From contig OZ242383.1 in NCBI GenBank assembly GCA_965209155.1, positions 3,424,001-3,488,000 of the forward strand: a DNA stretch of 64,000 nt, in the 5' to 3' direction. Shown here one piece after another: positions 51,264 through 62,400 of this stretch; the stretch's first letter is position 1; every line of letters starts with the position of its first letter. The notes beneath the pieces were generated by a model. The model worked only from the letters and a program-made list of their open reading frames with translations. It was not told the DNA's origin and did not search any database. Both the position numbers and the translations under genes were made by a program. The DNA comes from a bacterium (GTDB taxonomy: Bacteria > SAR324 > NAC60-12).

Positions 51264-54200
51264 CTAAACTTTTTGCACTACGATGGTGCATGCCTCTCCG
51301 TTAATATCCCATTCGGTCCCACTGCCACCAGAGGTAAGCTGACCTGCGGGAATGGCTTTCAGCTCGTTGGCGAGGGTTTCCGTTTTGATAAACTCATCAA
51401 ATCTTGTCACGGCGGATTGCAATGATTGCGTGGTTTGATAGCGGACATGAATACGCGCCATCACGTCAAATGCCCGCTCTTTTCTCATATTTTGCACTTT
51501 ATTTACGAATTCCCGGGCAAATCCTTCTTGTTGCAAGTCTACCGTCAATTCCGTGTTCAGCGCTACCGTTACATCGTTTTCCGTCAACACCAGCAAGCCT
51601 TCTTTTTCTTGACGTTGCAAAAGCACGTCTTCAGGGTGTAAAAGGATCGATTCTTCTTTTAGCTCCAATGTCGCGCATTCACCATCCCGTAATTGAAAAA
51701 TTGCGGAAGAATCGAGCTTCGCAATAGCTTGGGCGACTTTTTTCATGCGGGCACCCAGCTTTGGGCCAAGCACCCTGTAATTCGCCTTGGCGCTGTATGT
51801 CACCAAGTCTTCTTCATTGTCCGTGATAACGACTTTTTTGATATTCAGTTCCTCAGTGATCAAATCCTCCATGTCATTCAAAATCGCTTTGGCTTCGGGG
51901 TCTCGCGTCACCAGGAATATACTGGCAAGGGGTTGTCGTATTTTCAATTGATGCTTGTTGCGCAGAGCACGACCCATGCTGACAGCAGAGAGAATTAATT
52001 CCATTTTCATTTCGATGGAAGGATCCTGGTGGCGTTTCTGCACTTGTGGGAAGTCCACCAGGTGCACGCTTAATTCATCTCGTTCTTCTCGCAGATTGCG
52101 GAAAATCCCTTCGGCAATAAAGGGCACGAATGGCGCGATCACTTTGGATAGCTCCAGTAAAACCTGGTAAAGTACCGCATAAGCTTCCTGCTTGTCTTTT
52201 TCCTGTCCCGCCTTCCAGAATCGTCGCCGGCTGCGTCGAATATACCAATTGGTCAGTAAGTCGATGTATCCCACGAAAGGAGCAACCGATTTATTCAAAT
52301 CATACGCGTCCATACCGGCTCTTACAGTTTCAATCAATCCCTGCAATTTGGAAAGAATCCATCGATCCAGTGGATTGGAGGGCATCATGCCGAGCTTTTC
52401 TTCGGTTGGCTGCCAGCGGTCGATGGCAGCATAAGTACTCAGGAAGGCCAGGGCATTCCAAAGCGGCAACAATATGGAACGGGTAGTGTCCACCAATCCT
52501 TTCTCCGAAAACCTGAGATCATCCCCGCGGACTGCGGGAGAATTGAGCATGTAGAGGCGAATAGCGTCTGCTCCATATTGACCCAGCATGTCGATAGGGT
52601 CCGGATAGTTTTTCAACCGCTTGCTCATTTTTTTACCGTCTTCCGCAAGGACTAGCCCGTTGACGATGACATTGTGAAAGGTCGGTTTGTTGTATAGCGC
52701 CGTTCCCACCACTACCAGTGAATAGAACCAACCACGAGTTTGATCCAACCCTTCACAGATAAAATCTGCCGGGAAATTGGCGTCAAATCTTTCCTTGTTT
52801 TCAAAGGGATAGTGTTCCTGAGCATAAGGCATGGAGCCGGATTCAAACCAACAATCGAGCACTTCGGGAATTCGTTTATAGGTTTTGCCGTTACGAATTA
52901 TCTCTAAATCGTCCACAAAGTGTTTGTGCAAATCTTGCACTTTTTGTCCAATTGCCTCTTCCAGTTCCGTCACGCTACCAATACAAAGACAATCCCCGTC
53001 GTTACTCTTCCAAATTGGCAATGGGGTCCCCCAGAAACGATTGCGACTGATCGCCCAATCTCTTGCATTTTCCAGCCATTTACCAAAACGTCCATCCCGG
53101 ATGTGTCCCGGCACCCAGTGAATTGTCAGATTATTTTTCACCATCTGGTCTTTGATTGCTTCCACCTTGACGAACCAGGTGGAAATGGCTTTGTAGATGA
53201 GAGGTGTGTCGGTCCGCCAGCAAAAAGGATAACTATGTTCAATGGTTTCGTGTCTGAGAATTTTGTAATTTTCTTTTAAATTGCGAATGATCGCTTTGTC
53301 GGCATCTTTGATGTTCATACCTGCGAGGAATCCCATGTAGGAGTGAAAATTCCCGTCGTCATCAACTGGATCGAACACGGGTATGCCTTCCCTCAGTCCT
53401 ATCCGTAAATCATCTTCCCCAAAAGCCGGCGCTTGATGAACAATGCCGGTTCCACTTTCATCACTGATATAATCGTCAACCAGCACCCGCCAGACTTGGG
53501 TTGTGTCCACACGTCCTTTAGCAAAGTCGAACAACGGAAAGTATGTTCGGTTCCGCAAATCGCAACCTTTCATGGTAGCAAGGATTTCATATTCTTCTCT
53601 TTGCCAATATGCAGACAAGCGACAAGCTGCTATATAATAGTTCTCTCCGCTAGTCTTTTCCTTGATTTTGACATAGTTTATTTCCGGTCCGACACAGCAT
53701 GCCAGATTTGCAGGGATCGTCCATGGAGTGGTAGTCCATCCCAAATAATAAGTATTTTCTTCGTCGCACGCTTGGAATTTGAAAGTAATCGAGGGATCCT
53801 GAGTCTCCTGATAATTAAGGTTGGCCTCAAAATTGGAAAGAGGAGTCGAAAGTCGCCAGGAATAAGGCACCACCTTTCTGCCTTCATAGATGAGATTTTT
53901 CTCCCACAATTGTTTCAAGACCCACCATACGGATTCCATGTAGGAACGATCCATGGTTTTATAGTCGTTGTCAAAGTCGACCCAACGAGCTATACGATCC
54001 ACAGTTTCCCTCCATTCCCGGGTGTATCGCAATACGATCTTGCGACATTCTTCATTGTATTTGCCTATGCCGAATTTGAGGATTTCCGGTCGCCCTTCTA
54101 ATTGTAGTTCTTGTTCCACTTCAAATTCTACCGGCAGTCCATGGCAATCCCAGCCGAAACGCCGTTCCACTCGATACCCTCGCATGGTTTTGTAGCGAGG

Positions 54201-54401
54201 AATGACATCCTTGATGGTTCCAGCAAGCAAATGCCCGTAATGGGGCAACCCCGTCGCGAAAGGAGGTCCGTCATAAAATACGAATTCACGATCTTTGGGA
54301 CGCTGCGCAATCGATTTTTCAAAGATTTGCTGATCTCTCCAGAACGTCAGAATCTCGCTTTCAAGATCGGGAAAATTGATTTTATTGGAAACTTCTTTCA
54401 T
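51264..54401 (-). CDS. ileS: Isoleucine--tRNA ligase, type 2 (IleS2)
   Basis: DGPPFATGLPHYGH, GWDCHGLP, SRNRFWGTP, DCWFESGSMP, KMSKRLKNY, WYIRRSRRRFW. Confidence 0.98.
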   Translation of the reverse strand: MKEVSNKINFPDLESEILTFWRDQQIFEKSIAQRPKDREFVFYDGPPFATGLPHYGHLLAGTIKDVIPRYKTMRGYRVERRFGWDCHGLPVEFEVEQELQLEGRPEILKFGIGKYNEECRKIVLRYTREWRETVDRIARWVDFDNDYKTMDRSYMESVWWVLKQLWEKNLIYEGRKVVPYSWRLSTPLSNFEANLNYQETQDPSITFKFQACDEENTYYLGWTTTPWTIPANLACCVGPEINYVKIKEKTSGENYYIAACRLSAYWQREEYEILATMKGCDLRNRTYFPLFDFAKGRVDTTQVWRVLVDDYISDESGTGIVHQAPAFGEDDLRIGLREGIPVFDPVDDDGNFHSYMGFLAGMNIKDADKAIIRNLKENYKILRHETIEHSYPFCWRTDTPLIYKAISTWFVKVEAIKDQMVKNNLTIHWVPGHIRDGRFGKWLENARDWAISRNRFWGTPLPIWKSNDGDCLCIGSVTELEEAIGQKVQDLHKHFVDDLEIIRNGKTYKRIPEVLDCWFESGSMPYAQEHYPFENKERFDANFPADFICEGLDQTRGWFYSLVVVGTALYNKPTFHNVIVNGLVLAEDGKKMSKRLKNYPDPIDMLGQYGADAIRLYMLNSPAVRGDDLRFSEKGLVDTTRSILLPLWNALAFLSTYAAIDRWQPTEEKLGMMPSNPLDRWILSKLQGLIETVRAGMDAYDLNKSVAPFVGYIDLLTNWYIRRSRRRFWKAGQEKDKQEAYAVLYQVLLELSKVIAPFVPFIAEGIFRNLREERDELSVHLVDFPQVQKRHQDPSIEMKMELILSAVSMGRALRNKHQLKIRQPLASIFLVTRDPEAKAILNDMEDLITEELNIKKVVITDNEEDLVTYSAKANYRVLGPKLGARMKKVAQAIAKLDSSAIFQLRDGECATLELKEESILLHPEDVLLQRQEKEGLLVLTENDVTVALNTELTVDLQQEGFAREFVNKVQNMRKERAFDVMARIHVRYQTTQSLQSAVTRFDEFIKTETLANELKAIPAGQLTSGGSGTEWDINGEACTIVVQKV

Positions 54402-54598
54402 TCATTCTCCTTTTTCAGATGCCCCAAGAGTACTTCGGACATCCATTTCACCTGTACGAAAGTAGGGATCAATGTTGGCTGAAGCCTGAACAATTTTCAA
54501 GTGCAATGTCCATTTTCCGTGCTCTGCAGAGTTTCCAAATTCAGAGTATGGGTTTCCAATTGTCGATTGTTCGTCTATTCAATTTTGAAATTATTGAT

Positions 54599-54753
54599 AC
54601 GTGAATCAGGAGTTAAAAAACGTGTCATTCCTGACTTGACCAGGAATCCAGGGGGATACGGGCGATATTTTGGATTCCGGATCCAGTCCGGGATGACACA
54701 ACATATTATTAAATTATTGATTTTATAAATTAAATTTCACTCCTGGTGCGCAT
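54599..54753. mobile_element. MITE family A, copy 3 (155 bp)
   Basis: ACGTGAATCAGGAGT..ACTCCTGGTGCGCAT; direct repeat ATTATTGAT at 54590-54598 and 54754-54762. Confidence 0.85.
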
Positions 54754-54852
54754 ATTATTGATGAGAAAGTTTATATGCGCATGTAGAAAACGGATGGTAA
54801 GTCATCACCACCGGCAGAGCCGGTGGCTTGAAGAGGCCCCCAGTATGAGGGC

Positions 54853-55299
54853 AAAACGTGTTCGTCATCGTAAGACGTGCTCGTGCTCGTGAACGAAAAA
54901 GGCTGCCATGTTAGATCATGAAAAACTCGATGTATACCAATGTTCCATCGAATTTTTAGCGTTATCTGTCCAAGTCATCGAAACATTGCCAAAAGGATAC
55001 TCAGCCTTAGTTGACCAACTGAAAAGGGCCTCATGGTCGATTCCTCTCAATATCGCAGAAGGCTGTGGAAAAAATTCCTTTCCTGACAAGCAACGATTCT
55101 ATGCATTTGCCCGAGGTTCCGCAATGGAATGCGCTGCTATTCTCGATGTTTTAAACGTGTTGAAGATCATCCAGCCTCCTTTATTTGACGAAGGGAAACA
55201 GTTACTTCATCGCATTGTTTCTATGTTAACCAAAATGTGCCGTCGAATTCACTGACCGTTCACGAGCACGAGCACGGCTAACGGACACGGATACGTTTC
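54853..55299 (+). repeat. 43-bp inverted repeat pair enclosing the four-helix-bundle gene
   Basis: 54853-54895 vs 55257-55299; inner 20 bp CGTGCTCGTGCTCGTGAACG perfect. Confidence 0.9.
54908..55255 (+). CDS. Four helix bundle protein (23S rRNA IVP / Avd-like superfamily)
   Basis: HEKLDVYQ, DQLKRASWSIPLNIAEG, RFYAFARGSAMECAAILD, RIVSMLTKM. Confidence 0.93.
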   Translation: MLDHEKLDVYQCSIEFLALSVQVIETLPKGYSALVDQLKRASWSIPLNIAEGCGKNSFPDKQRFYAFARGSAMECAAILDVLNVLKIIQPPLFDEGKQLLHRIVSMLTKMCRRIH

Positions 55300-55613
55300 T
55301 CATGTCTGACCGGCAAAGCCTATTAGGTTCGCACCAGCAGAGCTGGTGGTTTAATGAGATTAATTATAACTTCGACATAAATTTTGGATTTCTTTTTTTT
55401 TACAAGCATGTCATCTATTCTAAGTATCCAGAATGCTCGTGTAGTATATACCTCGTTCCGACGGCCTCTGGATTTTGCGTATCACATACGTTATGATTAA
55501 CTAACCATAGGCTTTGTCAGGAAGAGGATTTTCCTTTTGATCTCCAATTGCTGGCATCTCGAGTTAGTCTTCGGGTCACCAGGTATTGACATTGAAATTC
55601 AGAAAGGACTGCT

Positions 55614-58070
55614 ATGTCGCAAGAAGATCGATATTCCGAGGCAAACACTCCCATGCGCATTCCAATGTTGCCCATGAGAGACATTGTGGTTTTTCCACGC
55701 ATGACTGCGCCTTTTTTCATCGGAAGGGCGCCTTCCATGGCCGCCCTGGAAAAAGCTCTGGCAACTGACCGCCGGGTATTCGTGGTGGCCCAACAGGATC
55801 CAATGATCGAATCACCAACTGCGGATGATTTGCATCAGATGGGAACCATCGGTCAGATCCTTCAAATCATGCGGCTTCACAACGGTACCATCAAAGCGCT
55901 GTTCGAGGCCAAAACCCGTGGAAGGCTGATTGAAGCAAGTCTGAAGGATTCTTTTTATTCCGCATTGGTAGAACCCCTGCCTGAATCCGTCTTTCGAACA
56001 CCTGAATTGATTGCGTTGGGCAAAAATGTACGACATGAGTTGAAACGTTACCTAAAGGAAGTGAAAAAGCATAACGAACGGATTGAGAAGCTGGCTTTGG
56101 ATATAGAAGAACCCTGCCACCTCGCTGACCGTATTGCGCCCCTGTTGAATATGGACCTGAAGAAAAAGCAACAGCTATTGGAAATTTCAGATCCTCAACG
56201 TCGTCTGGAAATTGTTTATGAGCGAATGTTGGAAGAAATTGAATTGAAAAAAGTTGAGCGCAAACTGAAAGAACGCGTGCAAGGCCAAATTGGCAGAACT
56301 CAAAAGGAATACTACCTCAATGAGCAAATCAAAGCCATTCAGAAAGAGTTGGGACAGGGAGAGGACGGAAAAGCCGAGATCGAGGAATATATCAAAAAAA
56401 TTGAAGACACGCCGCTTTCCCGGGAAGCCAGAGAAGTGGCTGATAAAGAAGTAAAAAAACTGAAAATGATGCAGCCGATGTCAGCAGAAGCCAATGTGGT
56501 GCGAAATTATCTGGATTGGTTGCTGGGCATGCCTTGGGGAGAGAAAACGAAAGATCACTTTGAACTGGGAGATGCCGAGAAGGTTCTCAATGTCGAACAT
56601 TATGGTTTGGAAAAAATCAAAGAGCGCATTATTGAATACCTGGCTGTAGCGCAAAAGGTCGGACAAATGAATGGTCCGATTATTTGTCTGGTAGGTCCTC
56701 CGGGGGTGGGAAAGACGTCACTTGCCCGTTCGGTAGCCAAAGCCTTGGGTAGAAAATTTGTGCGTATGAGTTTGGGAGGCGTACGGGACGAAGCGGAAAT
56801 CCGAGGACACCGGCGTACCTACATTGGCGCCCTTCCTGGAAAAATCATTCAATCCATCCGCAAAGCCAAAAGCAAAAATCCTCTCATGCTCCTCGATGAA
56901 TTAGATAAGATGACTTATGGTGTCATGGGGGACCCTGCTGCTGCTTTATTGGAAGTCTTGGACCGTGAACAAAACCACACCTTCATGGATCATTATCTGG
57001 AAGTAGAATTCGATTTATCCGATGTCCTTTTCTTTTGTACCGCCAATGTCGCCCAAAATATCCCTCCCGCGTTGAAAGATCGCATGGAAGTGATTACTTT
57101 GTCGGGGTACACGGAATTGGAAAAAGAACATATCGCGGAAAGGCATTTGATTCCCAAACAAATTGAGGAAAACGGATTGAAAAAGCAGCAGATCAAATTC
57201 CAGCGCAAGAGTTTGACCGAGATTATCCAACGCTATACGAGAGAAGCGGGTGTGCGTGATCTCGAACGTTCCATTTCCAAGGTATGTCGCAAAGTAGCCC
57301 GACAAATTGTGCAGAAACACATAGATAAAACAATTGTAGTGACAGAAAAACGAATTCATGATTTTCTCGGAGTCCCTCGTTATAAACACAAGGAGATTGG
57401 AGAGAAAAATGAAATCGGAACCACGTCCGGACTTGCCTGGACCTCAGTGGGAGGTAAATTGCTCATCAATGAAGTGAGTCTGATGAAGGGAGAGGGCAAT
57501 CTGAAATTAACAGGGCAATTGGGTGATGTGATGAAAGAATCGGCAAAGGCTGCTTTGAGTTATGTGCGCAGCAATGCAAATATGCTTGGGATTTACTCAT
57601 CCGTTTTCCAAGATACGGATATCCATATTCATGTGCCTGAAGGCGCTGTCCCCAAAGATGGTCCTTCGGCAGGAATAACTATGACCACTTCCTTAATCAG
57701 CGCTTTTACCGGTATTCCCGTCAGAAAAGAAGTGGCCATGACCGGAGAAATCACGCTACGGGGAAGAATACTGCCCATTGGTGGATTGAAAGAAAAACTA
57801 TTGGCTGCCAAACGAGGTGGAGTTCAAACCGTGCTTATTCCCGAGAAAAATGAAAAAGACTTGGTTGAGATTCCTGCCGAGATTAAAAAAGAATTGACAA
57901 TTGTTCCAATGATTTTTGCGGAGGACGCCTTGAATGTGGCGTTGGAACGAATGCCAGTTGCCGTGGAAGATCCTCCCGCGGAAGACGAAAGTATGCAGGA
58001 GAATGCAACCAATGTGATCGCGAAAGATTCCTTCACTGAGCGGGAAGTCCGCAATTTCCCTCACAATTGA
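55614..58070 (+). CDS. lon: ATP-dependent protease La
   Basis: [46 protein letters not shown]. Confidence 0.98.
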   Translation: MSQEDRYSEANTPMRIPMLPMRDIVVFPRMTAPFFIGRAPSMAALEKALATDRRVFVVAQQDPMIESPTADDLHQMGTIGQILQIMRLHNGTIKALFEAKTRGRLIEASLKDSFYSALVEPLPESVFRTPELIALGKNVRHELKRYLKEVKKHNERIEKLALDIEEPCHLADRIAPLLNMDLKKKQQLLEISDPQRRLEIVYERMLEEIELKKVERKLKERVQGQIGRTQKEYYLNEQIKAIQKELGQGEDGKAEIEEYIKKIEDTPLSREAREVADKEVKKLKMMQPMSAEANVVRNYLDWLLGMPWGEKTKDHFELGDAEKVLNVEHYGLEKIKERIIEYLAVAQKVGQMNGPIICLVGPPGVGKTSLARSVAKALGRKFVRMSLGGVRDEAEIRGHRRTYIGALPGKIIQSIRKAKSKNPLMLLDELDKMTYGVMGDPAAALLEVLDREQNHTFMDHYLEVEFDLSDVLFFCTANVAQNIPPALKDRMEVITLSGYTELEKEHIAERHLIPKQIEENGLKKQQIKFQRKSLTEIIQRYTREAGVRDLERSISKVCRKVARQIVQKHIDKTIVVTEKRIHDFLGVPRYKHKEIGEKNEIGTTSGLAWTSVGGKLLINEVSLMKGEGNLKLTGQLGDVMKESAKAALSYVRSNANMLGIYSSVFQDTDIHIHVPEGAVPKDGPSAGITMTTSLISAFTGIPVRKEVAMTGEITLRGRILPIGGLKEKLLAAKRGGVQTVLIPEKNEKDLVEIPAEIKKELTIVPMIFAEDALNVALERMPVAVEDPPAEDESMQENATNVIAKDSFTEREVRNFPHN

Positions 58071-58080
58071 GGGCGATTGG

Positions 58081-59364
58081 TTAAAATTTTTCCAAAGCCA
58101 GTTTAACGGCTTGGGTGGTTTTATCCAGATCCTCTTCCGTATGTTCTGTGGAAATAAAAAGGGATTCAAAAGCAGAAGGGGCGAGATAAACTCCTGCCGC
58201 CAACATTTCTCTGAAAAATTTCTTAAATCCTTCGACATCGGTTTGCAAGGCATCCTGGTAATTACGAATTGAGCTTGCAGCAAAGAAAAAACCAAACATC
58301 CCTCCCATGTGACGGGCTTGAAAAGGGAGACCTTTTTTTTCAAACAGGTCTATCATTTCCCCTACCAACCACGCGCTTTTCCGGCTGAGCTCCGCATAAA
58401 CCCCTTCGTCTTTGAGCAATCGAAGTGTGGCAATGCCTGCCGATACCGCAATGGGATTGCCCGACAATGTGCCTGCTTGATAAACCGGACCAACGGGGGC
58501 AACTTGCAACATGATATCCTGACGACCGCCATAAGCTCCCACAGGCAATCCGCCTCCAATCACTTTGCCGAATGTTGTGAGATCCGGTTGCACATTTAAA
58601 AGAGCTTGAGCACCACCATAATCCACGCGAAAACCGCTCATCACTTCATCAAAAATGAGTACGATCCCTTCTCGGTTACACAAATTCCGCAATCCCTGTA
58701 AGAATCCATGTTCTGGTAAAATCATACCCATATTGCCTGCCACAGGTTCGACAATCACTGCAGCAATTTCTTCGGGATGAAAATCGAGCAGTTCGACTAC
58801 TGAATCGAGATCATTGAAACGTGCCAGAAGGGTCAATTCCACATAGGCTCGAGGTACTCCCGCAGAATTTGGCTCACCCAAAGTGGTAGCGCCTGAACCG
58901 GCTTGCACCAGTAATGGATCCACACTTCCATGATAACATCCTTCAAATTTAATGATTTTGTCTTTGCCAGTATATCCACGAGCCGTACGAATGGCCCCCA
59001 TTGTAGCTTCACTTCCGGAGTTGACCAGCCGCAGAATCTCGACACTGGGTACGGCTTCCTTGATCAACTCTGCTAAAACTACCTCTTTTTCAGTAGGAGC
59101 GCCAAATGAAGTTCCCGCATGCAGTGCCTTTTCCACCGCTTCCATCACGGTTTCATGACAATGACCTAAAATAAGTGGTCCCCAGGAGCCTACATAATCA
59201 ATGAATTCGTTGCCATCAGCATCGTATATTTTAGATCCCTTACCTCGCTCGATGAATAAGGGGTGGGTCTCCACGGATTTGAAGGCACGTACGGGACTGT
59301 TGACTCCCCCCGGAATCGAAAGTTGGGCGCGCTGGAATAGTTGCAGAGATCGAGTAAACTTCAT
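58081..59364 (-). CDS. hemL: Glutamate-1-semialdehyde 2,1-aminomutase
   Basis: PGGVNSPVRAF, DYVGSWGP, FEGCYHG, FDEVMSGFR, GKVIGGGLP, YQAGTLSGNP. Confidence 0.98.
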   Translation of the reverse strand: MKFTRSLQLFQRAQLSIPGGVNSPVRAFKSVETHPLFIERGKGSKIYDADGNEFIDYVGSWGPLILGHCHETVMEAVEKALHAGTSFGAPTEKEVVLAELIKEAVPSVEILRLVNSGSEATMGAIRTARGYTGKDKIIKFEGCYHGSVDPLLVQAGSGATTLGEPNSAGVPRAYVELTLLARFNDLDSVVELLDFHPEEIAAVIVEPVAGNMGMILPEHGFLQGLRNLCNREGIVLIFDEVMSGFRVDYGGAQALLNVQPDLTTFGKVIGGGLPVGAYGGRQDIMLQVAPVGPVYQAGTLSGNPIAVSAGIATLRLLKDEGVYAELSRKSAWLVGEMIDLFEKKGLPFQARHMGGMFGFFFAASSIRNYQDALQTDVEGFKKFFREMLAAGVYLAPSAFESLFISTEHTEEDLDKTTQAVKLALEKF

Positions 59365-59499
59365 TTTGTAGTTTTCATGAAAAAGTGCCGGCTGCCTGGA
59401 ATTTTATTCTGATTTTCATTCAACTGGAAGAGAATAAATGACCTTGAACCAGGAGATCAAAGGATTGGGTAATATTTCAGTCAGAACAATAGGAACAGG

Positions 59500-62400
59500 T
59501 TAAGGGTTTCGTTGCGATTCTTTGAATTGAGCGAAGGATTGGACTACGACTCCCGTCCCCTGAATATCCGTATGTGATTGGCCTATCATACGAATGGCTA
59601 AATAAGGATTTTTTTCAAGGGAAAGCGTATCATCCAAAATCGCCATCACTTCCTCTCGAGTCAATTCCTCGATTGCTTTGATATAATCACTGATATAATC
59701 AAATTCTGCGTTTTTTTCAAAAGCTTGATAAAACAAAAAATTTGCTTCTTCGGCAATGGTTGTGGATTTATCCAGTTGAGAATTGATCACAGACTGCCGG
59801 TAGGTTTCAAATTCAGTGTCAGGTATTTTTTTGAACTGATCAATGAATTTTGGGATATAAGCTTCTACACGCTCTTGTAACGTGCCTGGAGGATATTTAT
59901 CCGACTGCACTACCAACATCCAACCCATGGTTTTTTCCATCCACGATACGTCGCCAAATACGGTGTACCCCAACTGCTGATGGGTCCGCAATTCGGTATA
60001 TGCCCACGAACGCAAGGCATTGGCAATGATCAACATCGCTCCTCTCAGCCGAGGATTCATCTCTCCTGCCTGAATTCCAAAAAGCAGGGCGGAATTGTCG
60101 ACTTTCACCTTTTTAGAATAGATATAGTCCTGACTGTTATTGATCTGAACAATCGTATTTTTAAAGAGTTGATCTTCGGTTAAGGGCTCTCCATCTAAAT
60201 TTTGCAACATCTCCTGAAGGGCTTGTCGTACTTTTTCTTTTTCCAGATTGCCATAAACCACCCCTTGAACAAAGTAATTGCGATAGAGTGATTTCGCGTG
60301 AGCTTTCAAGTCCTCCAGGCTAATGTCACGAATAATCTCCTGATATTGGTCCACTGAGAATTTCTTCTCTTCCATGAGCAGCGAGCGCGCATAGAATGCT
60401 TGGTGATAAGCCTGATTGAATTGAAAATTCTGGTAGAGACGTAAACGTCGCTCCTTCAGAGATTGAAACGTCGCTTCATCAATTGTGATTTCCTGTAGTT
60501 TGCTCAACAGTAATCCGGATAGCGCTAAAATACGGTCTGAATAACCGCTGACATTGACTGTGATTCCTTCTTTACTCGTACTGAATTCAAAGTCCAATCC
60601 GGCAATAAGCGCTGCATATCCAAATTCATTCAATCCTTCGTTAATGGCATTGCTGTAAAGCTGGGATAATACTGCGAATCGGGGAGATTGGTATACAAGG
60701 GGGGTATTGATCAACAATATCAGTTCCGCTTTCGGTGTATGAAATCGTAAATCCTGTTGAAACCAGATTTCTGCTTGCTCATTGTCCAGGATCTTTTCAG
60801 GACGGGCTTGGGCATGTTTGAATATCAATTTTTGATAAGGCTGTATGTCCTGCAATTGATGTGGAAATAACTGTTTCTGAAATTCTTGCCAGGAAGACCA
60901 ATATATTCCTTGATTTGTCTGCAGTACATCGAGGATGGATTGGGGGATTTTTTCCTTTTTCAATCCAACCATGGATTGATAACTGAGCGTAAACTGAGTG
61001 GTCGAGGGAATCAAATCCAAATTTTCCGGGATAAATATATTTTTTTCCGGTAACTGCAATTCCATGTGAGGGTTTATTTTTTTCAGCTCACGAATGAACC
61101 CCGGACTGTCTTCCGTATATGAATAACCGGCTCCAAAATATGGCTCGATCTGGTCAGTCTTCAACCCTTTGGCCACCAAGGTAACCAGCATGTTCTCCGG
61201 GGTGAGGCGATACAGAATGCTATCGAAATGATGAGGGTCGTATCGATCATAAAGAAAGGGTGCGGTTTCTACCAAAGGCATTGGGACATAATGAAGCAAA
61301 GAAGCATAGCCAATTACCAGATCTGTGCCGTCGGTTTTTTCCTGAAACTGATAATCGATTTCTGCTATTTGCCGGAGTTCCTCAAAAAGCTCTACTTGAA
61401 AACCCGTACTTCGTAGAAGTCGGATGTATTGAAATACCCTTTTAATTACGGTTTCATATTCTTCCAGTCCTTTCGGCGTCAGTTGCACGGTAACGGTAAA
61501 GCGCCCGTATGATTTTCTGGAAGTAGCTCCTGCCGAGAGACCTGTGGCCAAACCTTCTTTTTTGAGCAAGGAAAGGAGGCTGCCTTTGCCTTCATGGCCA
61601 ATCAAGTGTCCCAAAGCATAAGTGGGTTTGGTTTCATAGAGATGTCGGACACTGGGCAACGGAAAGGTCAATTTGAGGGAGCGGGTATCTTTGAGCGGTT
61701 CAATCCTTACAACACGTAGTTGATTGCTTTTCTTCAGGAATGTTTGAGGAATAACCGGAGAGCTGGTTTGCAGATTTCGGATTTCGCTGAAGTACCTTTC
61801 CACCCATTCATGCAAAGTGTCCAGATTTTGCTTGCCCAAAACCGCCAGAGTCATCAAATTGGCAGAATAGTATTGGTTATAAAATTTCAGCAAATCTTCC
61901 CTGCTGGTATTTTGCAGGGTTGCTAAGTTACCAATGCGAAATTTTTGAGCAGGATGGTTGGGAGTGAACAGGGAAGCTTCTACTTGCAAAACTCGCCAAT
62001 GTTCGCTGGATTTTTTTTGAGTATATTCGGACTCAACCACTTCCAATTCACGCGTGACAAATTCCGGGTTGAAAAGAGGAGCGATAAAGAACTGGGCAAA
62101 GCGATCCAACGCTTCTTCCAAATGATCCCCAGCCACCTGAAAATAGTAGTTCGTCGTTTCGTCCGCTGTGAAGGCGTTGTTGAATCCGTCATGACTGGTA
62201 AGAAATTTTTGGTCGTCTCCAACCTCCGGATATTTTTCTGTCCCTAAAAACAGCATGTGTTCTAAGAAATGAGCCATACCCGGATGCTCGTCAGGATCGT
62301 TCAAGGAGCCGACTGCAACACTCAGCGACGCGGCTCCGTGGTGTACGGTTGGATCTGAAATTAAGATGACCTTGATGGAATTAGGAAGGACAAATCGACG

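Larger units (their letters stand above)
54798..55355 (-). mobile_element. Putative non-autonomous IS200/IS605-derived element carrying a four-helix-bundle gene
   Basis: Matching hairpins CCACCGGC-AGA-GCCGGTGG (54808-54826) and CACCAGC-AGA-GCTGGTG (55332-55348); no transposase between them; exact ends uncertain. Confidence 0.6.

Noticed and set aside
54402..54600. T-box leader upstream of ileS
   Set aside because: No T-box consensus (GGTGGNACCGCG) or terminator/antiterminator found.
54908..55255. Diversity-generating retroelement, given the Avd-like fold
   Set aside because: No reverse transcriptase and no template/variable repeat pair with adenine-specific mismatches seen.
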